Source of the DNA: Eledone cirrhosa
Lineage: Eukaryota
Length of the DNA stretch: 64,000 nucleotides
Direction of reading: 5' to 3'
NCBI GenBank assembly: GCA_964016885.1
Contig: OZ024744.1
Span: 97,712,001-97,776,000 of the forward strand
Part shown: piece after piece, positions 1 through 12,350 of the stretch
How the letters are laid out: each line of letters starts with the position of its first letter
Position numbering within the stretch: the first letter of the stretch is position 1
The notes under the pieces: model-generated
Seen by the model: the letters and a program-made list of their open reading frames with translations, nothing else
Told to the model about the DNA's origin: nothing
The model's database searches: none
Translations under genes and position numbers: made by a program

Positions 1-340
1 GCTGGAGAGAATGCCTTGCGGTATTGGTTCAAATCCCGCCTTTCATTTTCATCCTTACGGGGGGGGGGGGGGGGTTCGATAAATAAAGTACCAGTAATGT
101 ACTGTGATCGATTTAATCGACTTTCCTCTCTCTCTCTCTCTCTCTCCCCACAAAAAAAATGAATGCCTTGCGGTATTGGTTCAAATCCCGTCTTTCATTT
201 TCATCCTTACGGGGAAGGGGGGTCGATAAAATAAAGTACCAGTAATGTACTGGATTCGATTTAATCGACTTTCCTCTCTCTCTCTCTCTCCTCAAAAAAA
301 AAAAAAAAATGATTGTCTTTGTGCCTAAATCAGAAACCAT
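1..340 (+). mobile_element. Two tandem partial copies of a tRNA-derived SINE with a Meta-like central domain
   Basis: B-box-like GGTTCAAATCCC followed by CTTTCATCCTTACGGGG..TCGATAAAATAAAGTACCAG, twice; ends in the family tail GTGCCTAAATCAGAAACCATT. Confidence 0.75.
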
Positions 341-388
341 TATTTTGTTTCATCATCTGGCCTTATGCCAAATGTAGAAATAATTATA

Positions 389-561
389 AATATCATCATC
401 GTCGTCATTGACGTCGTCATCATCATCATCGTTGTCATCATCATCGTCATCGTCGCCGTCGTCGTCGTCGCCATCGTCGTTGTCGTCGTCGCCGTCGTTG
501 TCGTCATCGTCGTCGTCGTCGTCGTCATCCGTGTCATCATCATCATCCTCATCGCCGTCGA

Positions 562-602
<41 letters not shown>

Positions 603-640
603 CCGCCACCATCGTCATCGCCGCCCCCGCCGCCGCCGCC
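389..640. repeat. (CAT/CGT/CGC)n trinucleotide microsatellite
   Basis: Directly visible; explains the poly-S/T/V ORFs in the track. Confidence 0.95.
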
Positions 641-657
641 TCCATACTCTCAAACAG

Positions 658-785
658 TATCATGTGACTTTCCACTGCACCAACCAAGTGCACCACCCAC
701 CCACCCACCCACCCACCAGCCACCAGCCACCGTGTTAAGCCTGGCCTGGGTGGTGTGTACAGTATTGTTGTCAGTTCATCAGTAG
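658..785 (+). CDS. Putative terminal exon with a GPI-anchor-signal-like C-terminus (xVSCDFPLHQPSAPPTHPPTHQPPATVLSLAWVVCTVLLSVHQ*)
   Basis: Acceptor CTCTCAAACAG at 647-657, phase 1; Pro/Thr spacer followed by a hydrophobic tail and TAG; no homology recognised. Confidence 0.4.
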
Positions 786-828
786 TGTACACACTACGCA
801 ACTATACTGTGTGTGTGTGTGTGTATTG

Positions 829-892
<64 letters not shown>

Positions 893-1018
893 CATCTGTT
901 TTGGTGTAAATGTACAACTGTGTACAACTGTGTACAACTGTGTTTAGTGATTGCAACATCTGTTATGCTTTATAGTGTGTGCTGGCATTTGTTTTACTTC
1001 TTCCTCATATGTTATTGT

Positions 1019-1857
1019 TAATGTTTCGTGTGTGTTTGTTGAGTAGAGTACAGTGCTGCGGGGTTGTTGGTGTTGGTGGTGTTGTTGTTGTTGGTGGTGT
1101 TAATGTTTCGTGTGTGTTTGTTGAGTAGAGTACAGTGCTGCGGGGTTGTTGGTGTTGTTGGTGTTGGTGGTGTTGTTGTTGTTGGTGGTGTTAATGTTTC
1201 GTGTGTGTTTGTTGAGTAGAGTACAGTGCTGCAGGGTTGTTGGTGTTGTTGGTGTTGGTGTTGTTGGTGTTGGTAGTGGTGTTGTTGTTGGTGGTGGTGT
1301 TGTTGTTGGTGGTGGTGTTAATGTTTCGTGTGTGTTTGTTGAGTAGAGTACAGTGCTGCGGAGTTGTTGGTGTTGTTGGTGTTCGTGGTGTTGGTGGTGT
1401 TAATGTTTCGTGTGTGTTTGTTGAGTAGAGTACAGTGCTACGGGGTTGTTGGTGTTGTTGGTGTTGTTGGTGTTGGTGGTGTTGTTGTTGGTGGTGGTGT
1501 TGTTGTTGGTGGTGGTGTTGTTGTTGGTGGTGGTGTTAATGTTTCGTGTGTGTTTGTTGAGTAGAGTACAGTGCTACGGGGTTGTTGGTGTTGGTGGTGT
1601 TGTTGTTGGTGGTGGTGTTGTTGTTGGTGGTGGTGTTGTTGTTGGTGGTGGTGTTGTTGTTGGTGGTGGTGTTAATGTTTCGTGTGTGTTTGTTGAGTAG
1701 AGTACAGTGCTACGGGGTTGTTGGTGTTGTTGGTGTTGGTGGTGTTGTTGTTGGTAGTGGTGTTGGTGGTGGTGTTGTTGTTGTTGTTGTTGTTGTTGGT
1801 GTTGTTGTTGTTGGTGGTGTTAATTTTTCGTGTGTTTGTTGAGTAGAGTACAGTGCT
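1019..1857. repeat. Composite minisatellite: 8 copies of TAATGTTTCGTGTGTGTTTGTTGAGTAGAGTACAGTGCT separated by variable (GTT/GGT)n
   Basis: Core starts near 1019, 1101, 1192, 1319, 1401, 1537, 1673, 1821. Confidence 0.95.
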
Positions 1858-1937
1858 ACTGAAAGTGGTGGTCCGCGGACCGGTGCCGGTACTCGAGCCA
1901 TCACCTACCGGTACGATGCGGCCAGCGTCCAGGCCAT
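1847..1937 (+). CDS. Putative internal exon (YSATESGGPRTGAGTRAITYRYDAASVQA)
   Basis: GC-rich 91-bp island; acceptor GAGTAG, donor AT|GTAAGA; phase 1 to phase 2; splices in frame to 9092. Confidence 0.55.
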
Positions 1938-2071
1938 GTAAGAATATCATTTGATGAATTTTTTTTATTACTTTTTTTTTAATATGTTTTGATATTGTAT
2001 TATTTGTTTACAAAATAAATAGAAGATAAAAAAAAAATGGTCAACTATTATTATATTCATTATATAAATGC

Positions 2072-2215
2072 AGTGGATTGGCAGTATCGGTAGAGGGTCG
2101 GACGCCATGCTTTGACGCATAGAGTTACGTCCCTTGCCATTCTGAGTTCAAATCCCGCCGAGGTTAGCTTTGCCTTTCATCCTTACGGGGGTCGATAAAA
2201 TAAAGTACCAGTAAT
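2072..2215 (+). mobile_element. Meta-type tRNA SINE, 3'-truncated
   Basis: A-box-like TGGCAGTATCGG, B-box GAGTTCAAATCC, Meta-like domain. Confidence 0.85.
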
Positions 2216-2308
2216 ACACAAATATTAGCGGTACGTGGCACATTGAACAAAAAAAAAAAAATGCCGGTCCGCCACATCAGATAGTTTGAGAAGCACTGGA
2301 GTAGAGTA

Positions 2309-2689
2309 CAGTGAATCTTCGCTTATCCGGACGGTCAAAACCAAACAGTTAGAAAAAGATCCGGTTAAGTGAAATATCCGGATAAGTGAATTCTAAAATC
2401 CCATTGTTACATAATGCTCGTGGTTTCTAATGTTTTGGCTTCTTTTAGTCAAAATAAAAAAACAAATGCTAAATAAAGAAAGTTTATTAGAATAACAAAA
2501 GAACAGCTAGAATGTATAAGAAAATTAATTAAACAAACATAAGAATAACTAAAAACTTGGTAAAACTGAATTGAATCAAACCATAAAAAGTTAGTACTTT
2601 TTTTAAAATGAATAAATAGTAGTATAGAAATAGCCGTCCGGTAAATCGAATTTCGGAAAAGCGATATCCGGATAAGCGAAGATGCACTG
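2309..2689. mobile_element. Tc1/pogo(Tigger)-like MITE
   Basis: 23-bp TIRs CAGTGAATCTTCGCTTATCCGGA / TCCGGATAAGCGAAGATGCACTG (1 mismatch), TA on both sides. Confidence 0.9.
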
Positions 2690-2929
2690 TATATACAATG
2701 TGTTAATTTTTCAGTGGTGATTGTGTTTTGTATGTGCTATGTGTGAATTGTGTTTTATTTGTTTTAGTGTGTGGAGGTCTTTAGACATTTCCACTTTCTT
2801 GTTAGAAATAACAAGGCCATGCTATCTTTGAGGATTGCTCATCTTCAGCTTAACAACCCCAACTTGCTGCAACCTATGATCCACATTCGTACTGTCTCCT
2901 TCCTCTCTGACTTTTCTAACGTTACTACA

Positions 2930-3388
2930 GTGATCTCTGCTTATCGAAGCTGACTAATCCTGTATCAACTTCATTTACACCAGAGGTTCCCAACCTTTTT
3001 TGCTCCATACCCCACCTCAAAGTGATCTCTGCTCATCGGAGCTGATTAATCCTGTATCAACTTCATTTAGACCAGTGGTTCCCAACCTTTTTTGCTCCAT
3101 ACCCCACCTCAAAGTGATCTCTGCTCAGCGGAGCTGATTAATTCTGTATCAACTTCATTTACACGAGAGGTTCCCAACCTTTTTTGCTCCATACCCCACC
3201 TCAAAGTGATCTCTGCTCATCGAAGCTGACTAATCCTGTATCAACTTCATTTACACCAGAGGTTCCCAACCTTTTTTGTTCCATACCCCACCTCAAAGTG
3301 ATCTCTGCTCATCGGAGCTGATTAATCCTGTATCAACTTCATTTAGACCAGTGGTTCCCAACCTTTTTTGCTCCATGCCCCCACCTCA
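2930..3388. repeat. About 92-93-bp tandem repeat x5 spanning the flank and left TIR of a hAT element
   Basis: GTGATCTCTGCT at about 2930, 3022, 3115, 3207, 3299; each unit contains CAG(T/A)GGTTCCCAACCTTTT. Confidence 0.9.
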
Positions 3389-3578
3389 ACATCTAAAAAA
3401 TGTTTATGTCCCCCTTTGATATAAAAACAACGCCAGAGTGTAAACTGACTGCTCGTAGGTACTGCCAGATGCATGATAACATGTGTAGAGGAAGTGTAAC
3501 TGGAAATTTGGTCATATTAAATCACTTTCAAATTGCCTCCCTGTGGGGCACGCCCCTCCCCTTTTTCGGAATCGCTGA
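3349..3578. mobile_element. hAT (Charlie-like) non-autonomous element
   Basis: CAGTGGTTCCCAA ... TTCGGAATCGCTG termini; 8-bp TSD-like ATTTAGAC/ATTTAGAT. Confidence 0.65.
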
Positions 3579-4549
3579 TTTAGATACTTCATTCTGTCTC
3601 TACTTCTTTAGTCACCCCACCACCCAAACGTTACACTAACCACAATACCCCCCCCCCCTCCCCCGCAAAAAAGAAACCGTGGATTTCCCTCCACACGTTT
3701 TTCCTGCAACCATTAGTCAACAAGGAAAGTTGACTACGTTCATGTTTCTAGTCTTAGAGGGATTGCAAAGACCATGGACACAGGCCTTCCTTCAGACCAA
3801 ACCAATTATAAAATAAAAATAGAAGAGCCGAGATATTAACCTCAATCATACGGTGTCAAAATGGCGAGTTTCTTCTCTATACACAACGCCTACTACTATC
3901 TCTTTATCGTCCTACTAGCCTGAATCTGGTTGTAAATATAACAGCATAGTCAGAATCAATCTGAACATATAAACAAGAACCTAGTGTGTTTCCTGTTCTG
4001 GTTTTTTATGAATATATGTGTATATATAACATTTGTATTGCTTACATATATCATTTATACATGTGTGCGTATGTACATGTACGGATATGTGCACACATAT
4101 GTATGTATATACATCAAACTATGTATGTATGTATGTATGTATGTATGTATGTATGTATGTATGTATGTATGTATGTATGTATGTATGTATGTATGTATGC
4201 ATCTATCTATGTATGTAAGTATATATATATGGATGTATGTATATATGTATGTATGTATATATGTATATATGTATATATGTATGTATGTATGTATATATGT
4301 ATCTATGTATGCATGTATATATATATGTATGTATATATGCATGCATGTATGTATGTATATATGCATGCATGTATGTATGCATCCATGTATGCATGTATGT
4401 ATCTATGTATGTATATACAACTTGTCCCATGGTCGGGTTGTTGGCGACTAAACTGGCAACCCCACCAAGTTTTCTTGGTGAGGAGGGTGACTTTGGACAT
4501 CCTGCAGGACTAAAAACAAAACCTGTCAAAGATCAAAGGAGCTCTTAAG

Positions 4550-4981
4550 AGTCAATGGCCATCCAAAATCACCGGGAGAGATGACCCCTTAGCCTTTGTC
4601 AAGGCAGAATTCTAGAAGGAGAACTCTGATATAACACCTGCAACCCTGATGGTATCGAATGATGTTGACTTGCTCTTCTTTTTGGTAAATATCATCTTGG
4701 TTAAGAGAGTGGGACTGGCTTTGTGCAGTGCCTTTGTTCACTATAAAAGCTTCACGGCACAGGCATTGCTTTATATCTGGAGATCTCTCTGCACTTGTCG
4801 TCACATGGTACCATAGGCCCAGCACTATGTGTCAATAATTGTCACAAGTGTAGTGTTTGTACCAGAGTTTTCAAGTCGCTGGCTGGACTAAGAAGTCACA
4901 CTCGTTCAGCGCATCGGTAGGGGTTCTCCTACATGGATATGAAGTAGTAGCCGTACTCGAAAACGAGTTGGCAGCCACCAT
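4550..4981 (-). mobile_element. Unclassified interspersed repeat bordered by (TACA)n; near-identical copy at 33336-33698
   Basis: Reverse complement matches 33336-33698 over about 360 bp; diverged copy at about 28897-29240. Confidence 0.75.
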
Positions 4982-4982
4982 G

Positions 4983-5016
<34 letters not shown>

Positions 5017-5189
5017 TGTATGTATGTATGTATGTATGTATGTATGTATGTATGTATGTATGTATGTATGTATGTATGTATGTATATATGTATGTGTATG
5101 TACAATGCTTAAAAGCTTTCAGTTGCCTATCTATGAGTTCCATCCATCTCTCTTCTCTTAAATCAGAGGCATCCTGTCAAATCGCATTA

Positions 5190-5378
5190 TTGGATTGGCA
5201 GTATCTGTAGAGGGTCGGACGCCATGCTTTGACGCAGAGAGTTATGGCCCTTGCCATTCTGAGTTCAAATCCCGCCGAGGTTAACTTTGCCTTTCGTCCT
5301 TACGGGGGTCGATAAAATAAAGTACCAGTAATGTACTGGGTAATTTGCTGGCCTTGTGCCAAAAGTAGAAACAATTAT
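5190..5378 (+). mobile_element. Meta-type tRNA SINE
   Basis: Head, Meta-like domain and tail GGCCTTGTGCCAAAAGTAGAAACAATT. Confidence 0.9.
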
Positions 5379-5419
5379 TGTAACGTATGCCTATGAAACT
5401 CTCTGTAATCCAAAATCGG

Positions 5420-5800
5420 TTAGTTCTGGTTTGCCACAAGATTCGGTTTTGTCACCAACGAACTACCTGCTGTTTCCTTAAACAACACTCACTCATATGC
5501 AGAATAAGCCACCTTTCATTCATCTCTAACATTCTGTCCCCCGGCGTCTGTTACCCATCCGTCAACCATCCATCAAACATACTCACACTTCGCATTAAAC
5601 CTATATTAACTCCGTGAGCAGGGACATCGAAATCACCCCCACCCCCCAGGGGATCTTTTTCAACACCTCAGATACAATAACTACGTAAAAAGGAAAGGAA
5701 ACGACTCTTAACTCTTGATGTAGTCGTAGGGACGCTGTTTTGACACATGGTATGTCTTAGGTATTTTAAAACTGTTGAAGTCCGTCCGACCCTTCTATGG
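5420..5800 (+). pseudogene. Degraded CR1/L2-type reverse transcriptase fragment
   Basis: Translates SSGLPQDSVLSPT (GVPQGSVLSP-like) and HSYAE (YADD-like). Confidence 0.5.
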
Positions 5801-5836
5801 ATTTGAACACTGTCGATTTCTTCCAGAGAGGAATGA

Positions 5837-5930
<94 letters not shown>

Positions 5931-6077
5931 GAGAATGTAAAAGAGATGTAGAATAAGATTCGACCAGAGGGCAACACTGATCTTTTATTCTATCGACCTC
6001 AGGTAAAGTTGACCTAGACTGGATTTGAACTCAGAGTACAGAAAGAGCCAAAACGAATACAGTAAAAAAAAAAAAAA

Positions 6078-7360
6078 GCATTCTAGCCACCATTTTAGCC
6101 ACCATTCTAGCCACCATTCTAGCCACCATTCTAGCCACCATTCTAGCCACCATTCTAGCCACCGTTCTAGCCACCATTCTAGCCACCATTCTAGCCACCA
6201 TTTTAGCCACCATTCTAGCCACCATTTTAGCCACCATTCTAGCCACCATTCTAGCCACCATTCTAGCCACCGTTCTAGCCACCATTCTAGCCACCATTCT
6301 AGCCACCATTCTAGCCACCATTTTAGCCACCATTTTAGCCACCATTCTAGCCACCATTCTAGCCACCATTCTAGCCACCGTTCTAGCCACCATTCTAGCC
6401 ACCGTTCTAGCCACCATTCTAGCCACCATTTTAGCCACCATTCTAGCCACCATTCTAGCCACCGTTCTAGCCACCATTCTAGCCACCATTCTAGCCACCA
6501 TTCTAGCCACCGTTCTAGCCACCATTCTAGCCACCATTCTAGCCACCATTTTAGCCACCATTCTAGCCACCATTCTAGCCACCATTCTAGCCACCATTCT
6601 AGCCACCATTCTAGCCACCATTCTAGCCACCATTCTAGCCACCATTCTAGCCACCGTTCTAGCCACCATTCTAGCCACCATTCTAGCCACCATTCTAGCC
6701 ACCATTCTAGCCACCATTCTAGCCACCATTCTAGCCACCGTTCTAGCCACCATTCTAGCCACCATTCTAGCCACCATTCTAGCCACCATTCTAGCCACCA
6801 TTCTAGCCACCATTCTAGCCACCGTTCTAGCCACCATTCTAGCCACCGTTCTAGCCACCATTCTAGCCACCATTTTAGCCACCATTCTAGCCACCATTCT
6901 AGCCACCGTTCTAGCCACCATTCTAGCCACCGTTCTAGCCACCATTCTAGCCACCATTTTAGCCACCATTCTAGCCACCATTCTAGCCACCGTTCTAGCC
7001 ACCATTCTAGCCACCATTTTAGCCACCATTCTAGCCACCATTCTAGCCACCATTCTAGCCACCGTTCTAGCCACCATTTTAGCCACCATTCTAGCCACCA
7101 TTTTAGCCACCATTCTAGCCACCATTCTAGCCACCATTTTAGCCACCATTCTAGCCACCATTTTAGCCACCATTCTAGCCACCATTTTAGCCACCATTCT
7201 AGCCACCATTCTAGCCACCATTTTAGCCACCATTCTAGCCACCATTTTAGCCACCATTCTAGCCACCATTCTAGCCACCATTCTAGCCACCATTCTAGCC
7301 ACCATTCTAGCCACCATTCTAGCCACCATTCTAGCCACCGTTCTAGCCACCGTTCTAGCC
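6078..7360. repeat. 12-bp minisatellite (CATTCTAGCCAC)n, about 107 units, inside a minus-strand SINE (about 5980-7372)
   Basis: SINE body precedes the array and GCCAATTCGCCGCC follows it; compare the intact SINE at 55130-55290. Confidence 0.95.
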
Positions 7361-7989
7361 AATTCGCCGCCTATTCGTGACCTTTCGTGATATTATGATA
7401 ATTTCTTAAGTATGTATACAAGATCATTGATGAGAGGTGTGGGGTGTAGAAGTGAACTGTTCTGGAGTATACAGGCAGTGTATACTACTAAATATGGAGT
7501 GTTAGAAGTAAGAGAAGCTGCTGGTGGTAGAGGGACCAGGTGGTTAATTCTGTAAAGGACTGATTGAGCCTTCGTGTGGGTCTAACGGATGAGGAGTAAT
7601 AAGGAATGGGGAGAGGGAGCTAGAACTAGTAAATATTCGCTTAAGGGAAAAGAATGTCTTATAATTTCCTGGGTGTCTTGTAAAAGGGTGGACTGGCATG
7701 CGAGCATCTGACCTCCCTAATTGTCTGGACAATTGTAGTCACAGCTGTATTTATTTTGCAACACATGTGCGGTGTAATTCTAAATGCTTTCAGTTTTTAT
7801 GGGATAAGGTATTCCAATGTTTGTTGTCTTTTAACTGTAAATTAAATGCAATATGGCTGTCAGATTAAGTCGGATTCTATCCCTTTCCTCCACTTTTTTC
7901 TTTTTTTACCAGAATTAGTCATATTTAGATAATAATCGTTCTCATCCATAAGGCTATAATTTTCATTGGTTAAAATTTCTAAAATAGGC

Positions 7990-8210
7990 TCAAGACGACA
8001 CTAGAAATTTGGAAGAAGGGACCAGTTTACTATATTGAGCCCAGTACTGAACTAGTACTTTATTTTCTTCAACCCCAGAAAGATTAAAGGCGAAGTTGAC
8101 TTTGGCGGAATTTGAACACAGATCGTAGAGAACCGGACAAAATACCTTGCGGTATTTTGTCCCGGTCATAATACCTTGCGGTGTTTTGTTCTGCTAACTC
8201 ACCGCCCTTT
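7990..8210 (-). mobile_element. Diverged Meta-type SINE
   Basis: TACTTTATTTT..CCCC..AAAGGCGAAGTTGAC..GGAATTTGAAC. Confidence 0.7.
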
Positions 8211-8236
8211 ACAGATTTTATGATATTGAAACTTAA

Positions 8237-8472
8237 CCCATTTGATACCAAACCACTTGAAAACTCCTGGTTCTAAGATTCAAAACTTTACACATGAAAC
8301 AATTCTATGAAAGAATTTTTGTTAATTTATGCCCCAAACACCAGCTTAATAATGAGAAAATTAGTTATATTCTTAGTTATGTTTCTAAATACTTCCAAAT
8401 TTTTTTATCATTTTTTAAATTCATTGAAAACCGTAGATATAGTCTTTCATTAGAAATATGGTGACAAAAGGG
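8237..8472. mobile_element. piggyBac-like MITE
   Basis: TTAA|CCCATTTGATACCA ... TGGTGACAAAAGGG|TTAA. Confidence 0.75.
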
Positions 8473-9091
8473 TTAAAGCGTAATAAAATATATTCCATTG
8501 TGTTTAAACAATTATTAAATTATTTTAAGCTAAAATAAAACTTGTTGAATTACAATCGCAATTTTACTAATTATTTGAGAGATTGGACGTTATTACAAAT
8601 CATTATACATTTTGATGCAAAATGAAAGAGGCCACAATAAATTCTATGCAGCATCGTATTATCGAGAAATTTGGAGTTATCCCTAATGAAAAAAAAAAAA
8701 AATTCTTTTCACAAGACTATATATGTTTAAACATATAATATACTTTTGTGTACTAAACTTTTCAAGTACTAGCTTATCTTATAAATGTCAAAAACCTTGC
8801 ATTAAATAAAGTTACTAAAAAATACTTGAAACCTAACTATGGACAATTTGATATGTTTAAACCACAAGTAGTTAATAAAAAAAAAAAGCCCTCTGTTTTA
8901 TATAGAACTTTGTGTTCTGAATGAATTAAACTGTGTTATTTTCTGAATGAATCACTATACTTTTCCATTTTCTATTTTTTCTTTCATTTTTTTTTTTTTT
9001 CTAACATCTCTTCATCTTTCTTATTTTTCTTTTCTTCCTCTCCCTTGCTTATTTTCATCCTTTCCTTTTTCTTCCCTTTCTCCAAAATCAG

Positions 9092-9182
9092 AATCAGATT
9101 TTTGAACGACCACTACGTATACATGCTTTTCGATTTCATGTCGCGTGTGTGCGGTTTTTCCAGCAACAATTTACACAACTGA
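9092..9182 (+). CDS. Putative last coding exon (IRFLNDHYVYMLFDFMSRVCGFSSNNLHN*)
   Basis: About 130-nt polypyrimidine tract then CAG|AATCAG (two in-frame acceptors 6 nt apart); phase 2 matches the donor at 1937; TGA at 9180-9182. Confidence 0.55.
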
Positions 9183-9194
9183 GTAAATTACTTT

Positions 9195-9612
9195 ACACAG
9201 TGTAAAGTAGTCGTGTTGGTGCCACGACAAAAGGCGCCCAGTCCTCACTGTAAATTAGTCGTGTTGGTGCCACGACAAAAAGCACCCAGTCCACGCTGTA
9301 AAGTGGTCGTGTTGGTGCCACGACAAAAAGCACCCAGTCCACGCTGTAAAGTGATCGTGTTGGTACCACGACAAAAAGCACCCAGTCCACGCTGTAAAGT
9401 GGTCGTGTTGGTGCCAGGACAAAAGGCACCCAGTCCACGCTGTAAAGTGGTCGTGTTGGTGCCAGGACAAAAGGCACCCAGTCCACGCTGTAAAGTGGTC
9501 GTGTTGGTGCCACGGCAGAAAATACCCAGTCCACGCTGTAAAGTGGTCGTGTTGGTGCCACGACAAAAATCACACAGCCCACACTGTAAATTAGTCGTGT
9601 GTGTGCCAAGCA
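9195..9612. repeat. 48-bp minisatellite, about 8.5 units, just 3' of the putative stop codon
   Basis: TGTAAAGTGGTCGTGTTGGTGCCACGACAAAAAGCACCCAGTCCACGC repeated. Confidence 0.95.
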
Positions 9613-9819
9613 AGACATGGTCATCTGAGGTGGCTTATCTCACAACGAGACAACTCGTCTAACTCATGTTAGTGTGGAAAAATTTACATAACAGTCAAAT
9701 ACCCTCTTAAATGATACCCACCCTACAATATTGAAACACATAGAAAGAATACGGGCTAAAACATTTACCACTACAATACTATAATGGGCTGTATGGTGAT
9801 CAACTAGATGGGCGTGTTG

Positions 9820-10752
9820 TATGTTTTGAGCTATGGATCTGCAGATCACAATTTGCCGTTCAGCCGATTACTTATGTGTCATATGTCTGTGCAATCAGGA
9901 CAGATCTGAGGTTACACAGCAATATAAAAATATTTGTTGAGCCTGTAATAAATTATACTGTCTACAAATAACGAACCTCAGGACTATTAAACTATTAATG
10001 TATGTTTTGAGCTATGGATCTGATCTGCGGATCACAATTTGACGTTCAGCCCACTACTTATGTGTCATATCTCTGTGCAATCATGACTAATCAGAGATCA
10101 CACAGTAGCAGAACATTATTTTTTGAGCCTGTAATAAATTATACTGTCTACAAATAACGAACCTCAGAACTATTAAACTATTAATGTATGTTTTGAGCTA
10201 TGGATCTGATCTGCGGATCACAATTTGACGTTCAGCCCACTACTTATGTGTCATATCTCTGTGCAATCGTGACTGATCAGAGATCACACAGTAGCAGAAC
10301 ATTATTTTTTGAGCCTGTAATAAATTATACTGTCTACAAATAATGAATCTCAGCACTATTAAACTATTAATGTATGTTTTGAGCTATGGATCTGATCTGT
10401 GGATCACAATTTGACGTTCAGCCCACTACTTATGTGTCATATCTCTGTGCAATCATGACTGATCAGAGATCACACAGTAGCAGAACATTATTTTTTGAGC
10501 CTGTAATAAATTATACTGTCTACAAATAACGAACCTCAGAACTATTAAACTATTAATGTATGTTTTGAGCTATGGATCTGATCTGCGGATCACAATTTGA
10601 CGTTCAGCCCACTACTTATGTGTCATATCTCTGTGCAATCATGACTGATCAGAGATCACACAGTAGCAGAACATTATTTTTTGAGCCTGTAATAAATTAC
10701 ACTGTCTACAAATAACGAACCTCAGCACTATTAAACTATTAATGTATGTTTA
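9820..10752. repeat. 186-bp tandem repeat, about 5 units
   Basis: TATGTTTTGAGCTATGGATC at about 9820, 10001, 10187, 10373, 10559; first unit diverged. Confidence 0.95.
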
Positions 10753-10799
10753 GAGATCAGCTTTAAAGATAGTTCTCTGGTGGCCGTTATCTGTTGAAT

Positions 10800-10990
10800 A
10801 TTGTTTCTACATTAGGCACAAGGCCAGCAATTACTCCAGTGTATTACTGGTACTTTATTTTATCGACCCCTGTAAGGATGAAAGGCAAAGTTAACCTCGG
10901 CGGGATTTGAACTCAGAATGGCAAGAGCCGTAACTCTATGCTGCAAAGCATGGCGTCCGACCCTCTACCGATACTACCAATCCACCGCCA
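10800..10990 (-). mobile_element. Meta-type tRNA SINE, full length, with TSD-like TTATCTGTTGAATATTG
   Basis: Reverse complement of the family consensus; flank sequence duplicated on both sides. Confidence 0.9.
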
Positions 10991-12149
10991 TTATCTGTTG
11001 AATATTGAAAGCTATACAGAAGGTAAGCAAGAGAAAAAATACGTAATGCTATAAAATAAAATACAAAAAAAAATGATATATGGCAGCCACATCTGGAAAT
11101 GATTTCACACAGTCAGGAGGTTAGCCTTAAAAATGAAGGAGGAAGAGGAACCGAATTGCTATCTTTGATCTCGAATTGTCCTTCCTCTCGTTCATTCCTC
11201 CTCTGTAATGAAATGTGATTATTCGACAGTATGATATGTGTGAATTTATATGTATGAGTGTGTATATGAACTTGTGTATGAGAGTATGTGTTAATGTCAA
11301 AGTGCGTGCGCGTGTGAGTGTGCGTGTGCGTATGTGTGCGTGAGTGCGTGCGTTTGTGTATATATATTTATGTGTGTGTGTGTATGTGTGTGTGTAAGAT
11401 TGTGTTTGTGTGTGAGTATGAATCTTGCCTTGCCGCCAATCCTTAAATCATTGGAAAAACAACAGCTTTCCTTAATCCCTTTCCATGTAACTAACTTCAA
11501 CAGATGAAGATATAATATATCATCTAACTCACGCCACCTCTGAGAAATTTGACTATATTCGAATCAACTTCTTAACAAACTCTTATTCTCTTGGGTTTCA
11601 CTACTGCCGTTTCTAAGATCTTCTTTCGGTAGCATATATCTCAGGGGACTTCAAACGAAGACGGGGATTATTTTGTTGTTTGTTAGTCTTATCGCCAAAA
11701 GAAATTCCAATGTTTCAATCCCTTAGCATCACACCTATGGAGGAACCAACGACGGAGCTTCTAGCTACATCTGACACAAATTGCAGCTAAATCTTCTTCA
11801 CGTCACACTCTAGAGTCTTAAATAAAGAAGTACACAAGCACTCGAGTTGTTGGTATACAAAATGGCGCGATGGCCATAGATAGATCATAGGTTTGCTTCA
11901 TCAGAACTACTCTCAGAATCAACAACGACAATAACAACAAAATACATATGCTGGTTTTACGAACTGGTCGTAGAGAATCACCTCTATGTTCTTGTGGTGA
12001 GTTCCCAGAAACACTTTAACACTATTTGTTTCAATGTAAAAACAGCTGAAGAAAGTAAGCTGTGCTTATTAATACAATACAGAATACATATAACATCTGC
12101 ATACACATACAACAGATATGTTCTTTTCAATGAGATACATTTATATCCA

Positions 12150-12350
12150 CAAGGATATGGTCCGAACGTGGAGGAGCCAAAACTCCCACTGTCATCGCCT
12201 CGATCTCTTTCGCCCTCTCCATCTCTCTGTATGGGTGAGCAAATAGGGTCCCACGCGCTGGCCTCCCCACAGCCCCGGCAGATAGAATGGAGAAGGCCTT
12301 TCCCCGGAGAATGGTAAGGGAGATGTGCTGGAAGAGCCATTCCAACTCTC
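12150..12350 (-). mobile_element. CRE-clade non-LTR retrotransposon 3' fragment
   Basis: EWLFQHISLTILRGKAFSI resembles the C-terminal FQRISxxIxRGNA motif of CRE RLE ORFs; paralog at 25396-25800. Confidence 0.65.

Noticed and set aside
3830-3960. Minus-strand candidate NIDO exon (..GVVYREE)
   Set aside because: In-frame stops; resembles a LINE endonuclease remnant
6025-7380. 451-aa His/Ser ORF and 443-aa MVAR ORF
   Set aside because: Translations of a 12-bp satellite inside a SINE; no unique sequence or splice signals
9195-10752. 48-bp and 186-bp arrays as CRISPR or coding repeats
   Set aside because: No unique spacers, eukaryotic context, no cas genes
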